From: Halorussus marinus
GTDB taxonomy: Archaea; Halobacteriota; Halobacteria; Halobacteriales; Haladaptataceae
Assembly: GCF_004765795.1 (NCBI RefSeq)
Contig: NZ_SBIV01000011.1
Coordinates: 1 to 64,000, forward strand
Length of the DNA: 64,000 nt
Reading direction: 5' to 3'
Shown here: positions 31,682 to 41,460 of the stretch, piece after piece
How positions within the stretch are numbered: position 1 is the first letter of the stretch
Layout of the letters: the number at the start of each line of letters is the position of its first letter
Program-made: the position numbers and the translations under genes
The notes under the pieces: generated by a model
What the model was told of the DNA's origin: nothing
Database searches by the model: none
What the model saw: only the letters and a program-made list of their open reading frames with translations

Positions 31682-32245
31682 GTGACTGATGTTGAGTTAG
31701 CGAATATTGTCGGGATTCTTGATTTCCATAGGGAGTTAAACTTAGAGGCAGTTGCTGAGTTATTAGAATCTTCTAGTGTAGTGTCTGAGGTCAACTATTC
31801 TCCTGAAGAAAACCACTGGCTTCAAACTAGGTTTAGATTTAATGAGGGGTCGAAATACGTGGCTTTCTATCGATCTGGAACCTGTGCATTAGTTGGTTGT
31901 AGTTCATTTGAACAATTGAATCAGCTTGTAGAACTGGTTGAGAACGCAATGGAGCCAGTAATACGAGATACCCCTTCACTGGATATTAAGAATTTGGTGT
32001 GTGTTGGTGAGTTAAGCCAGAAGCTTAACCTCACACACTTAGCAATTGCTGCGGGCCTTGAACATGTGGAATACGAACCAGAGCAGTTCCCGGGATTAAT
32101 CTATAGAGGTAATGAATCCGATCCAGTATTTCTTGTCTTCGCTAGTGGAAAAGTGGTTATTACAGGGGCAACTTCAAGAAAGGAGGCAAATCAATCATTT
32201 CAAGATTTCACAGAGAAGTTAGTAGAATTGGGGTTAAGGGACTAA
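31682..32245 (+). CDS. tbp: Divergent TATA-box-binding protein family protein
   Basis: ANIVG; EYEPEQFPGLIYR..LVFASGKVVITGA; the first repeat is degenerate. Confidence 0.85.
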   Translation: MTDVELANIVGILDFHRELNLEAVAELLESSSVVSEVNYSPEENHWLQTRFRFNEGSKYVAFYRSGTCALVGCSSFEQLNQLVELVENAMEPVIRDTPSLDIKNLVCVGELSQKLNLTHLAIAAGLEHVEYEPEQFPGLIYRGNESDPVFLVFASGKVVITGATSRKEANQSFQDFTEKLVELGLRD

Positions 32246-32288
32246 CCCAGCACAAGCATTTTGTCGCACTTGGCCATCTGACAATGTA

Positions 32289-35200
32289 ATGGCCACTCGT
32301 CTCAATCCTTTCGACGCCCTCGATAACGTCCAATCCTCCTATCGGTCCTACGTCGAGACGTTCCAGAACGTCGACGACGAGACGATTAACGCCTGGATTG
32401 AGAACCGCATCGAGACGGGGAAGGTGCTGTGGAAGGAACCGTTCGTCCAACTGAATCAGCGCTTCCAGTACGGCGATACCCTCGAAGAGTTCGTCGCAGA
32501 CGATAAACTTCACGAGGGTATTCTGGACGTGTTCACCGGTGCTGGCGGCGATCCAATCGAGCCGTACAAGCACCAGACTGAGGCAATCCAGTCCATCCAA
32601 TCTGGGAACAACACCATCGTCTCCACGGGCACGGGCTCGGGGAAGAGCTTCGCTTTCGGGATTCCCATCGTCAGCCATTGTCTCGAAGCCAAAGAGCGCG
32701 GTGAGGACGGGATCAAGGCGGTCATCATCTATCCGATGAACGCTCTGGCGAACTCCCAGTACGAGGACTTCGCAGAGCGACTCGCCGGGACTGGCCTCCG
32801 GCTGGGGCTCTACACGGGTGACACGCCACACAACCCTGACGAAGCACCTGAGTTCCTCCGGCAGTTCGGCCGTGAGGAGGCGTTCGACTCCGAAGTCGTC
32901 TCTCGGGAAGAGATGCAGAACGACCCGCCGGACATCCTGATGACGAACTACGTCATGCTCGACCTCATCCTTACCAGGCATGACGACAAGAAGCTCTTCC
33001 CAGAGATGCACGAGGGAGTCCTGCAGTATCTGGTCCTCGACGAGATCCACACCTACACCGGCCATCAGGGAGCCGACGTCGCCGCACTCGTCCGCCGGTT
33101 GAAGCAGAATACCGACGCCGGAGAGGAGCTCGTCTGTGTCGGTACCTCTGCGACGGTCCAGAGCGACGAGGGAATCGACGCCAACGACGAGATCGCCGAC
33201 TTCACCGGGAAGATCTTCGGCGAGGAGGTTGACGCCGACAACGTCGTTCGGGAGTCTCACTATCCGCTCCCCCTCTCTGACGACGAGCCGCTCCCCGACG
33301 ACATCGAAGTCACCGAGGACGACATCGCAACCTTCGATGGGAGTCTCGAAGCCGCACAGGGCCTCACCGAGAAGCTCCTCGACCGGGATCTGATGCCGGC
33401 GGAAACGACCGATGCTTCAGCACTCGGAAACACGCTGGAGGATCACCCCACGATCAAGTTCCTCGACGAAGAGCTCAGCTCCCAGAGCCAGCAGATCTTC
33501 GCCGGCGAGGACGACGAAAGCGAAGACGGGAAGGATCTCGTCAGTAGCTATCAGGAACAGTACCGACCCGATACATCTCGGTACGACATCGAGCAAGAAC
33601 TTCAGGCCGCTCTGCTCGTCGGAACGGTTGGAACGACCGAGATACAGGGCGAGGAACAGCCGATCTTCATCCCGAAGCTCCACACCTTCTTCAGCCAGGG
33701 GAGTGGCCTCGTCTCCTGTCTTACTGAGGAGTCTTTCCAGGACGACGAGCCGCATCTGAGTGACGCCGGCGACATTGAGTGCCGTACGTGCGCACAAGAA
33801 CACGACCGCACCCGGACTGCCTACCCGCTCTCGTTCTGTCGGGGATGCGGTCAGGAGTACTACACCACGGTCGTCGATCAAGAGAACACCGTCACACAGG
33901 GTGCGCTGAGTACCTTCGTGGACACGGAGGAGGACGAAGAGGAGGCGTACCTGATGCGGGGCGATTGGGACCGAGAAACCGCTCCACTCCCCGATGAGTG
34001 GCTGAACGACAACGGGCAGCTTCGAGACACCTACGTCGAGGCTGAACCCCGACCAGCTACCTATTGCCCGGAGTGCGATCAGCTTACCCCCGGACGAGTG
34101 GAACAGGGACAGCTCGAATGTGGATGCTTCGCTGCACAGGGCGTCGAGGTAATGCGAGTGAACCAGCCGTTCCTGTTCTGTCCGAACTGTGGCGTCCACT
34201 ACACTCGCCGAGTCAAGAACGAGTTCAACAAGCTGTTCACGTTCGGGACGGTCGGTCGCTCGACGGCGACGGACGTTCTCATCGGGAACACGATGCGGAA
34301 CCTCCCCGACGACCAGCAGAAGACCATTGCCTTCTCTGACAATCGACAGGACACTGCGTTACAGGCGGCTCACCTCAATAATCTCTACCAGCGGGTTCGA
34401 TTCCGACGCTCACTGTACCATACCCTCGCACAGGAGGAAGACGATGTCAGCCTCACCACGCTCGGGAACGACGTCTTCGATCTCCTCGATGACGAGGAAG
34501 CCCTTCCGCCAGCCATAGACACGGGGATGTTCGGGCCGTCGGCGGAGGACCGCCAGAACTACAGCGACTACCTGCTGTTCAACGTCATTCTCGAACTCGG
34601 CCGTGAACAGCAACGCACCCAGCAGAGCCTCGAAGATGTCGGGCTGATCGATGTCGAGTATGAGAACCTCGATAAGCTTGCGGACGTCGACGATGTCTGG
34701 GAATCGATCCCCGTGCTTTCGACTGCAGATCCGACGGTGCGGGAAGAGTACGTCCACGGATTCTTGGACATCTTCCGCCGGAGTATTGCGATAGACCACG
34801 AGAGCACCACGAACTTCGCCGACTTCAAGCGGAACGTAATCAACCAACTCGACGAAGAGGTCCATTTCCACGGGCAGGAGTTCTTCAACTTCCCAGTCGG
34901 ATACAGCGATACAGCAAGTACTAGTGGGAGACACCGTGTCCGTCGCCTCACTCACCCTCGCTCTCGACACGTTCGTTGGACAGCCCGTGCGTTAGACGTC
35001 GACACCGATACTGCGAAAGCGATCATCAATAGCGTTATCGACCTCATCAGCGATGACGAGGTACTCAAGCTGTTGACGCAGGAGTCGCTGAAGTACACCG
35101 GGAAGGTGTATATGCTGAACCACAGTGCGATTCGAGTTACTCACGCTGACCCCGATGACGTGCGGGTCTGCCCGAAGTGTGGAACACCGACGACTCGGGA

Positions 35201-37595
35201 TGAACTCGACGTCTGTCTGAACTACAGTTGCGGCTCGATCACGCCCGAGGAGACGGATCTCGAATCGTCCTACTTCTACGATCTCTATACCGAATCGTTC
35301 GACGCCGCCGTCGACATCATCGCCGGCGAACACAGCGGTCAGGTTGAGAACGAGAAGCGGAAGCAACTGGAGTCGGACTTCCGAGAGGGCGAGAAGGTGA
35401 ACACCATCGTCTCGACGCCGACGATGGAGCTTGGGATCGACATCGGTGACCTCTCAAACGTTTATATGCGAAACGTCCCGCCGAACCCAAGTAATTACGC
35501 TCAGCGCTCCGGTCGGGCCGGACGACAAAACCAACCCTCACTCGTCACGACGTTCTGTGGCCGTGGGTTCGGACGTGGATCCCACGACCAGTACTTCTAC
35601 CGAAACCCAGAACGGATTATCGCCGGGGAAATCAGTCCGCCAACGTTCCTGCTCAACAATCAGGATCTGGTTGAGGCGCACATCAACGCCCTCGTTCTCG
35701 AACAGATCGAACTAAAGTTCCAGAGCAAGCCCCGCCAGATGCTGGTCATCGAGGAGGGAAGCAACTACGAGATTATGCCCGATTACCGGGCAGATCTGGA
35801 GAATGCCGTCAAGAACAACCGACAGAAAATCATTCAAGCGGTGAAGCAAGCGTTCACCCGTGAGCGTGAACAGGATACCGTCGGGGAGTGGTTCACCGAT
35901 GCCTTCATCGAGCGCCAGGTGGACAACTTCGTCGAGAATCTCGATGAGGCATTCGAGCCATGGCGGCGTGAATACACCCGACTGAGCCGTGAACTACGGC
36001 GCTTGAACCAACTCCTCGCCACAGAAGGAGGATCGTATCAGGACCGGATCGAGCGCAACGCCATCGAGGACCGTCTTGAGGATATGCGCTCGGGGAAGAA
36101 ACGCTTCTACACGTATCAGTACCTCCGCTCACAGGGATTCTTGCCGAACTACGGATTCCCCAGACAGAGTACGACGCTCACGTTCACTTCCCGAGAGGAC
36201 GACATTCAGCGAGATCAGACACGGGCTATCAGCGAATTCGCACCCGGAAACCACGTTTACTACGCTGGAGAGCGGTTTGCTGTTCGGTATGCCCGTCCTC
36301 GGACGAAAGATTCGGAGCCAGTCACCCGACATCTCCGTGTCTGTCCGGAGTGCGAGACCATCCTGATGGGAGAGGATGCTCAGGAGGCCGCAGCGTGTCC
36401 CTCCTGTGAGACGGCCTTCGATGGGACCCATCCGAATCCGAATGCGATGGAGCTCCCGAACCAACACGCTCGACCGGAAGAGTACATCACCAGCGACGAG
36501 GAGGAACGCCGTCGACAGGGCTACGACATCAACAGCTACTACGAACGGTCCGATCCCCAAGCATACGACTTAGAAGGAAACGGGATCGAGGCCCGAGTGA
36601 CATACGAAGGGAGTGCGAATATTGTCTTGGTCAATAGCGGGCTTCGAGATGCTGACGAAGACGACCTCAACGGATTCGCCCTCTGTATGGAGTGTAACCG
36701 CTGGCTGACTAGCGAGGACCAAATCGAGAGTCACGTCGACGAAGACGATCCGGACTGCTACGCTAATGCGTCAGAGGAGGCGATCAAGCGTGAGATCGAG
36801 TTGTTCTCTGAGGGGCAACACGACACGGTGACACTGACTACGCCACTCCCCAGCGACCTGGAGCCAGAACAGACTGAGGAATTCTATCGAACCCTCAAGG
36901 AAACCGTCTATCAGGGCATTCTGGTTGCGTTCGATCTGGACGAGGAAGAGATCGACACGTTCGTCAAACCAGCAACAGGGGAACACGGACAGGTTACCAT
37001 CGTAATCTACGAAACCAGTGAGGGTGGCGCAGGTGTACTCCACTCGTTGATGGACGAGGCACGCTTCAGAAAGGCAGTTCGAGAGGCACAGACCGTCCTT
37101 CACGGAGATCCCGATGACGATGGTTGTGAGCGAGCGTGCTATGAATGCCTCCTGTCTTTCTACAATCAGCCAGAACACGAGTTCCTTGACAGAACACTCG
37201 TTGAGTCGTGGTTAGAGAATATGGAATCTGGGACGCTGACGGAACTGCCCGGAGGAAGTGGTGGTGAGGACAAGGGGAACTTCGATAAGCTACTGGAGGC
37301 TTGTGAATCCAGCTTTGAGCGTGAAGTGCTTCATACCATCCGGGATCAAGGGTTCGAGCTTCCCGACGATGCCCAGAAAGTCATCTATGACGGCGATGAG
37401 CCAGTCGCAAAGCCGGATTTCTTCTACGAGCGGTCAGGAAGATCTATCGCTGTATTCGTAGATGGGCCTGCCCACGAGAAGGATTACGTCAAAGAAGACG
37501 ACGAGCAAAAGCGGACCCGACTCAAACAGATGGGATATCGTGTAGTCCCTATTACTGATATTGAACAAGTAGCGGACGTATTGAGAACAATTTGA
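32289..37595 (+). CDS. DEAD/DEAH helicase with DUF1998 (MrfA-like Zn domain) and a C-terminal nuclease-like domain (DrmA/B-like fusion)
   Basis: TGTGSGKS, LDEIH, TPTMELGIDIG, QRSGRAGR, CERACYECL and PDFFY..VFVDGPAH motifs. Confidence 0.9.
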   Translation: MATRLNPFDALDNVQSSYRSYVETFQNVDDETINAWIENRIETGKVLWKEPFVQLNQRFQYGDTLEEFVADDKLHEGILDVFTGAGGDPIEPYKHQTEAIQSIQSGNNTIVSTGTGSGKSFAFGIPIVSHCLEAKERGEDGIKAVIIYPMNALANSQYEDFAERLAGTGLRLGLYTGDTPHNPDEAPEFLRQFGREEAFDSEVVSREEMQNDPPDILMTNYVMLDLILTRHDDKKLFPEMHEGVLQYLVLDEIHTYTGHQGADVAALVRRLKQNTDAGEELVCVGTSATVQSDEGIDANDEIADFTGKIFGEEVDADNVVRESHYPLPLSDDEPLPDDIEVTEDDIATFDGSLEAAQGLTEKLLDRDLMPAETTDASALGNTLEDHPTIKFLDEELSSQSQQIFAGEDDESEDGKDLVSSYQEQYRPDTSRYDIEQELQAALLVGTVGTTEIQGEEQPIFIPKLHTFFSQGSGLVSCLTEESFQDDEPHLSDAGDIECRTCAQEHDRTRTAYPLSFCRGCGQEYYTTVVDQENTVTQGALSTFVDTEEDEEEAYLMRGDWDRETAPLPDEWLNDNGQLRDTYVEAEPRPATYCPECDQLTPGRVEQGQLECGCFAAQGVEVMRVNQPFLFCPNCGVHYTRRVKNEFNKLFTFGTVGRSTATDVLIGNTMRNLPDDQQKTIAFSDNRQDTALQAAHLNNLYQRVRFRRSLYHTLAQEEDDVSLTTLGNDVFDLLDDEEALPPAIDTGMFGPSAEDRQNYSDYLLFNVILELGREQQRTQQSLEDVGLIDVEYENLDKLADVDDVWESIPVLSTADPTVREEYVHGFLDIFRRSIAIDHESTTNFADFKRNVINQLDEEVHFHGQEFFNFPVGYSDTASTSGRHRVRRLTHPRSRHVRWTARALDVDTDTAKAIINSVIDLISDDEVLKLLTQESLKYTGKVYMLNHSAIRVTHADPDDVRVCPKCGTPTTRDELDVCLNYSCGSITPEETDLESSYFYDLYTESFDAAVDIIAGEHSGQVENEKRKQLESDFREGEKVNTIVSTPTMELGIDIGDLSNVYMRNVPPNPSNYAQRSGRAGRQNQPSLVTTFCGRGFGRGSHDQYFYRNPERIIAGEISPPTFLLNNQDLVEAHINALVLEQIELKFQSKPRQMLVIEEGSNYEIMPDYRADLENAVKNNRQKIIQAVKQAFTREREQDTVGEWFTDAFIERQVDNFVENLDEAFEPWRREYTRLSRELRRLNQLLATEGGSYQDRIERNAIEDRLEDMRSGKKRFYTYQYLRSQGFLPNYGFPRQSTTLTFTSREDDIQRDQTRAISEFAPGNHVYYAGERFAVRYARPRTKDSEPVTRHLRVCPECETILMGEDAQEAAACPSCETAFDGTHPNPNAMELPNQHARPEEYITSDEEERRRQGYDINSYYERSDPQAYDLEGNGIEARVTYEGSANIVLVNSGLRDADEDDLNGFALCMECNRWLTSEDQIESHVDEDDPDCYANASEEAIKREIELFSEGQHDTVTLTTPLPSDLEPEQTEEFYRTLKETVYQGILVAFDLDEEEIDTFVKPATGEHGQVTIVIYETSEGGAGVLHSLMDEARFRKAVREAQTVLHGDPDDDGCERACYECLLSFYNQPEHEFLDRTLVESWLENMESGTLTELPGGSGGEDKGNFDKLLEACESSFEREVLHTIRDQGFELPDDAQKVIYDGDEPVAKPDFFYERSGRSIAVFVDGPAHEKDYVKEDDEQKRTRLKQMGYRVVPITDIEQVADVLRTI

Positions 37596-37698
37596 CCAGC
37601 TAGGTCTGCTGAACGTGTTTCATCAAACTCCCTCAATATGGACGTGAATGCTACGGAATACCGAGTGCTGATAACCATCGCTGTCGTCTGATCCGATA

Positions 37699-37941
37699 AT
37701 GCAGCGCTTCTCTGAGGGAGATCGCGTCCGGATCGATATTCCTGATGAGACGGATCCCGATCATCAGGAGTATCACGGCGAGCACGGGCGAGTCGTTGCA
37801 GTGTTGAGTGATGATGCGGATTCAGTTACTACTGACGAGCGGGATGCGCAGCTCTACCGGGTCGCATTTGATTCAGGTGAGACGGGTGATTTCCGGTGGC
37901 GTGACTTGCGACCGCCCATCGACGACTCCTCACAAGTATAG
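37699..37941 (+). CDS. Small SH3/KOW-like hypothetical protein
   Basis: FSEGDRVRI..HGRVVAV..YRVAF..DLRP. Confidence 0.7.
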   Translation: MQRFSEGDRVRIDIPDETDPDHQEYHGEHGRVVAVLSDDADSVTTDERDAQLYRVAFDSGETGDFRWRDLRPPIDDSSQV

Positions 37942-38019
37942 TCCTCGGCAGCCCTCGACCAGTTTCAGGACAGATCTGGCGGGGAAAGGATCATCATCCC
38001 GCTCTGTTACTGTTTCGTC

Positions 38020-39006
38020 ATGCCTCCGGATCGGCTCCGTAGTATCGTCCCGATGTTTGGTGGTGGAACGCGGTATGTCGACACGCTGGATGCGATACTT
38101 GAGTTCGTTGAAGCGCATCAGCCGACGACGGACGAACTCGTCGGATGGCACCGTGGTTCGTTCCAGAACGTTTCCAGTCAGGACTCGATCCTGCGGCGGG
38201 TGCGGTATTTACAGCAGGTCGGGTTTCTCCGTCAGGCGAACGATCACTGGGAGCTTGGTGATGCTGGTCGGGAGTACGTTGAGCAGGATGACGTGGCGAC
38301 GCTGCTGCGAATTATGTGTGATCGGAACGTCGGGCTGAGGAGTCTCATGTATGCGTTGGCTGCTGGTCCGATGACGCTCGCAGAGGTGAGTGAACAGCAG
38401 CTCGATACGCATCCAGAGTTAGGGTGGAGCCGTGGAGAGACCGACATGGCGAAGCAGCGGGTGAATTGGCTGCGGAGTATGGGGCTCGTTGAGAAGCGCG
38501 GCGACGAGTACGCGTTGACGGAGGACGGCCTACAGTTCGTTGAGAGCGCGGTGGAGGAATGGGCTGACTCCGAGTGGACACCGTCGGTGGGCGATGCTGG
38601 AATGGGTGCTGGGACGTACGAAACGACTGTTCACGCACGGTCCGTCGATCCGGAGTTCCGCGCGACAGTACTGTCCCGTCACGACCGGACGTGTCCGATT
38701 TCCGGGATAGACCATCCCGGCCTATTGGACGTGGCGCATGTCCTGTCGTGGAGTGATTACCCGGAATACAGGGCTGATCTCTCGAACGTGCTGGCACTCA
38801 GTAAGACGCATCACGCGGCGTTCGACCGGGAGTTGTTCACGATTGACCAAGATTACCGACTACGCGTGAATCCTGAGTTCGAGACTGAGAGTGACGTGTT
38901 ACAGCGGACGATTATTGACTGCGAAGGGGAGCGAATCTCGCTTCAGGAAGAGAGCCTGAACCCGCAGTACGTCTCGCAGCACAATGCGGCGCTTGAGTGG
39001 GTGTGA
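38020..39006 (+). CDS. wHTH-HNH endonuclease (putative modification-dependent restriction)
   Basis: Two wHTH-like repeats; CPISG..VAHV..NVLALSKTHHAAFD. Confidence 0.85.
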   Translation: MPPDRLRSIVPMFGGGTRYVDTLDAILEFVEAHQPTTDELVGWHRGSFQNVSSQDSILRRVRYLQQVGFLRQANDHWELGDAGREYVEQDDVATLLRIMCDRNVGLRSLMYALAAGPMTLAEVSEQQLDTHPELGWSRGETDMAKQRVNWLRSMGLVEKRGDEYALTEDGLQFVESAVEEWADSEWTPSVGDAGMGAGTYETTVHARSVDPEFRATVLSRHDRTCPISGIDHPGLLDVAHVLSWSDYPEYRADLSNVLALSKTHHAAFDRELFTIDQDYRLRVNPEFETESDVLQRTIIDCEGERISLQEESLNPQYVSQHNAALEWV

Positions 39007-39266
39007 GTGGGACGAACAAGTGGAACAGCAGGGCTGTTGTTCGCTCCGTTTGCGGGCCAAGTGTTTATAAGCGAGCTGGTGATAGTACGGGTTACGCGAC
39101 GCCCGAGACCACCCCTGCATCTGTACATCGGACGATGCGTAGATCTCTCTGGCAGACCCCCTCGATACCTCAAACCCTGGTATCATAGAACGTTGCCGGC
39201 GCGGTGCCAGCGCGCCATCGGACGTCGCATGCTCGCTGTGCGGACAGCGGCTAGCATGTGATACCA

Positions 39267-39995
39267 ATGACGCGAGAACACCCAGCTGAAGATGACGAAT
39301 GTACAGTGCAGGACAAGGACAGTCAGCAGTTCCAAACAGTAGAGGAGAAAGCGAGAGAAGCGCTAACGCACGATGATCCGATGGAGAGTTGTGCTGTTAC
39401 CGTTCGCGCGCATAACCGGTACTGTGACAACAATGGCGTGACGCACCATCTCATTAGGACTACGGAAGAGTGGATGGCGATTCGAACGTGGGTAGAGGCT
39501 GGCGGCGACACCGGGATCACGGTCGACAGTCACGGTGAAACGCTGACGTTGGACGTGTTGGAGCTTGACCAAGACAAGGTCGCAGACCGGATCTGTACCG
39601 AAGCGCTTGACGCGATTGATAGTCACGACGCGGTCGGGCAACCCGTGGAGCCGTTCACCGAACTGGTTCGGCACGCCGAAGGTGTCGCAGAACTCCTCGT
39701 GACGGAGTGGGAAACCGGCGCAGACCATGTCGTCAGAGAACGACTATACGAAGGGGTGGCCGGGTGGATTGACCGCACTGCGTGGACCGCTCATGAAGAG
39801 GAGGCCATGTACATTGAGGCAGAACGGGCAACAACGCAGTTCATCAAGAACCATGTCGGGTGCGAGGTGAGTGATGACGTGGAAGCGACCATCCAAGACA
39901 TCTCGAAAGAGGCGTTATACGACGCGGTCGCCAGACACCGCGAACGTGAGACCCCGCACTTGGACTACGCAGCGGAGGTGACGCTCACAGACTGA
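39267..39995 (+). CDS. Hypothetical protein
   Basis: Acidic ORF of about 240 aa. Confidence 0.65.
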   Translation: MTREHPAEDDECTVQDKDSQQFQTVEEKAREALTHDDPMESCAVTVRAHNRYCDNNGVTHHLIRTTEEWMAIRTWVEAGGDTGITVDSHGETLTLDVLELDQDKVADRICTEALDAIDSHDAVGQPVEPFTELVRHAEGVAELLVTEWETGADHVVRERLYEGVAGWIDRTAWTAHEEEAMYIEAERATTQFIKNHVGCEVSDDVEATIQDISKEALYDAVARHRERETPHLDYAAEVTLTD

Positions 39996-40108
39996 CCTTT
40001 GTTTAGTGACCGGGGGTTTGGTGACAGCGAAAGCAAGAACGGAAGGTTCGGTGAGTGTCTACCCCTTTGATTTTTCTCCTGGCCAAGTAGTGATTCTGTT
40101 ACACACGA

Positions 40109-41455
40109 ATGACGGGAATTGCCATTATTACAGCTGGACGGGAGGACGCCTATCAGGATTATCTGCAGTCTGTGAAGGAAGGGCATGACCCGGCAGAGTT
40201 TGAGGAGTATCTTTCTGATGGCGAAGTTGACGCGGTTACTGATTCGGAGACGGGGAAAGTGCATCTGTGGGGGACATCAGTTGACTCGAAGTGGCAGTTC
40301 GTGGAGGGTGGGGACATCGCGTTAATCTACCGGGATGGGAGGTACATCGCGCAGGCAACGGTTGTGCGGACACGTGAAGATCTTGACCTGGCTGAGCACC
40401 TCTGGCGTACTGAGGGGAACCCGTGGGATCCTGAAAGTCCGTGGCGGTATTTGGTGTTCTTGACTGGGGTGGAGGAGATTGATGTGGACGTTGAGTCGTT
40501 CAACGAACTCGCGGGGTACCAAGACAATTATATCCCGCAGGGATTCAGTCGTGTGTCTGATTCGCGTATCCGCGACATAGAGAATGCGTACGAGTCCGTT
40601 GAAACCGCGGTTAATGAGTTGACAGGGAGCGGTGTCCGGGTTCATGAGTTCGATGAGGAGCCGTCGCAAGAGGAATCTGAAGAGGTACAAGAACTAGATC
40701 TGGGAGAGCGTATTGTTGCGGCGAGTCGGGATGGTGACCAATATGAGGAGTTGGAAGAACTGGTCGCCAAGGCGTTCTCTCGGTTAGGGTTTGAAGCGCG
40801 ATGGATTGAAGGCGGAGATGATACGGACGTTGAAATCACGGCTCCAATTCACGCAGTCATCGAGGTAAAGGCGCGAAGCAGTGGGACATTGGCCTCGCCG
40901 GATGCGACCCGAATCCAGGGGCATAAAGAGCGGCACTCGGCCGACCAGGCGATTGTTGTTGCGCCTGGCTTCACTCCGGCCGCAATTGAAGATGCGGACC
41001 GACAAGGGATTGTCCTCCTTGCGACCGATCACCTCCAGGCGCTCTTAGAACGGCGTGATACCTATGGGATTCCGCCGGAAGCACTCTCGGCATATCTCAC
41101 CGAACCGGGGGCGTTCCAAGATGACCGGCTTGACCAGATCGATGATGAACTCCGGACTCGCCTTGGCGGTACTGAGGACTTATTGGCCGTGATGGAAGCG
41201 CTTCAACGAGCAGATCCAGAAGAAGGAACCGCCAACCGACTCCGCTTGATTTTGAAGGGCATGTACAATGAAGAACGAGTTCCGGAGCAGCACGTCATTG
41301 AACAGTCACTCAACCTATTAGCTCACCCGAGTATCCAACTGGCAGAGTACAAAGAGGGGCAGTACCAGCCGACAACAACCAAGGAGAATGCAGAAGTCCT
41401 GCTCCGACGGTTCGGGAATCTCATCACCGAGGTGAGTAAGTCAGGCGAAGAGTGA
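40109..41455 (+). CDS. EVE/PUA-like domain fused to an Mrr-type restriction endonuclease
   Basis: WG..KWQFVEGGDIALIY; LEELVAKAFSRLGF..DTDV..IEVKAR. Confidence 0.75.
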   Translation: MTGIAIITAGREDAYQDYLQSVKEGHDPAEFEEYLSDGEVDAVTDSETGKVHLWGTSVDSKWQFVEGGDIALIYRDGRYIAQATVVRTREDLDLAEHLWRTEGNPWDPESPWRYLVFLTGVEEIDVDVESFNELAGYQDNYIPQGFSRVSDSRIRDIENAYESVETAVNELTGSGVRVHEFDEEPSQEESEEVQELDLGERIVAASRDGDQYEELEELVAKAFSRLGFEARWIEGGDDTDVEITAPIHAVIEVKARSSGTLASPDATRIQGHKERHSADQAIVVAPGFTPAAIEDADRQGIVLLATDHLQALLERRDTYGIPPEALSAYLTEPGAFQDDRLDQIDDELRTRLGGTEDLLAVMEALQRADPEEGTANRLRLILKGMYNEERVPEQHVIEQSLNLLAHPSIQLAEYKEGQYQPTTTKENAEVLLRRFGNLITEVSKSGEE

Positions 41456-41460
41456 GCCAG

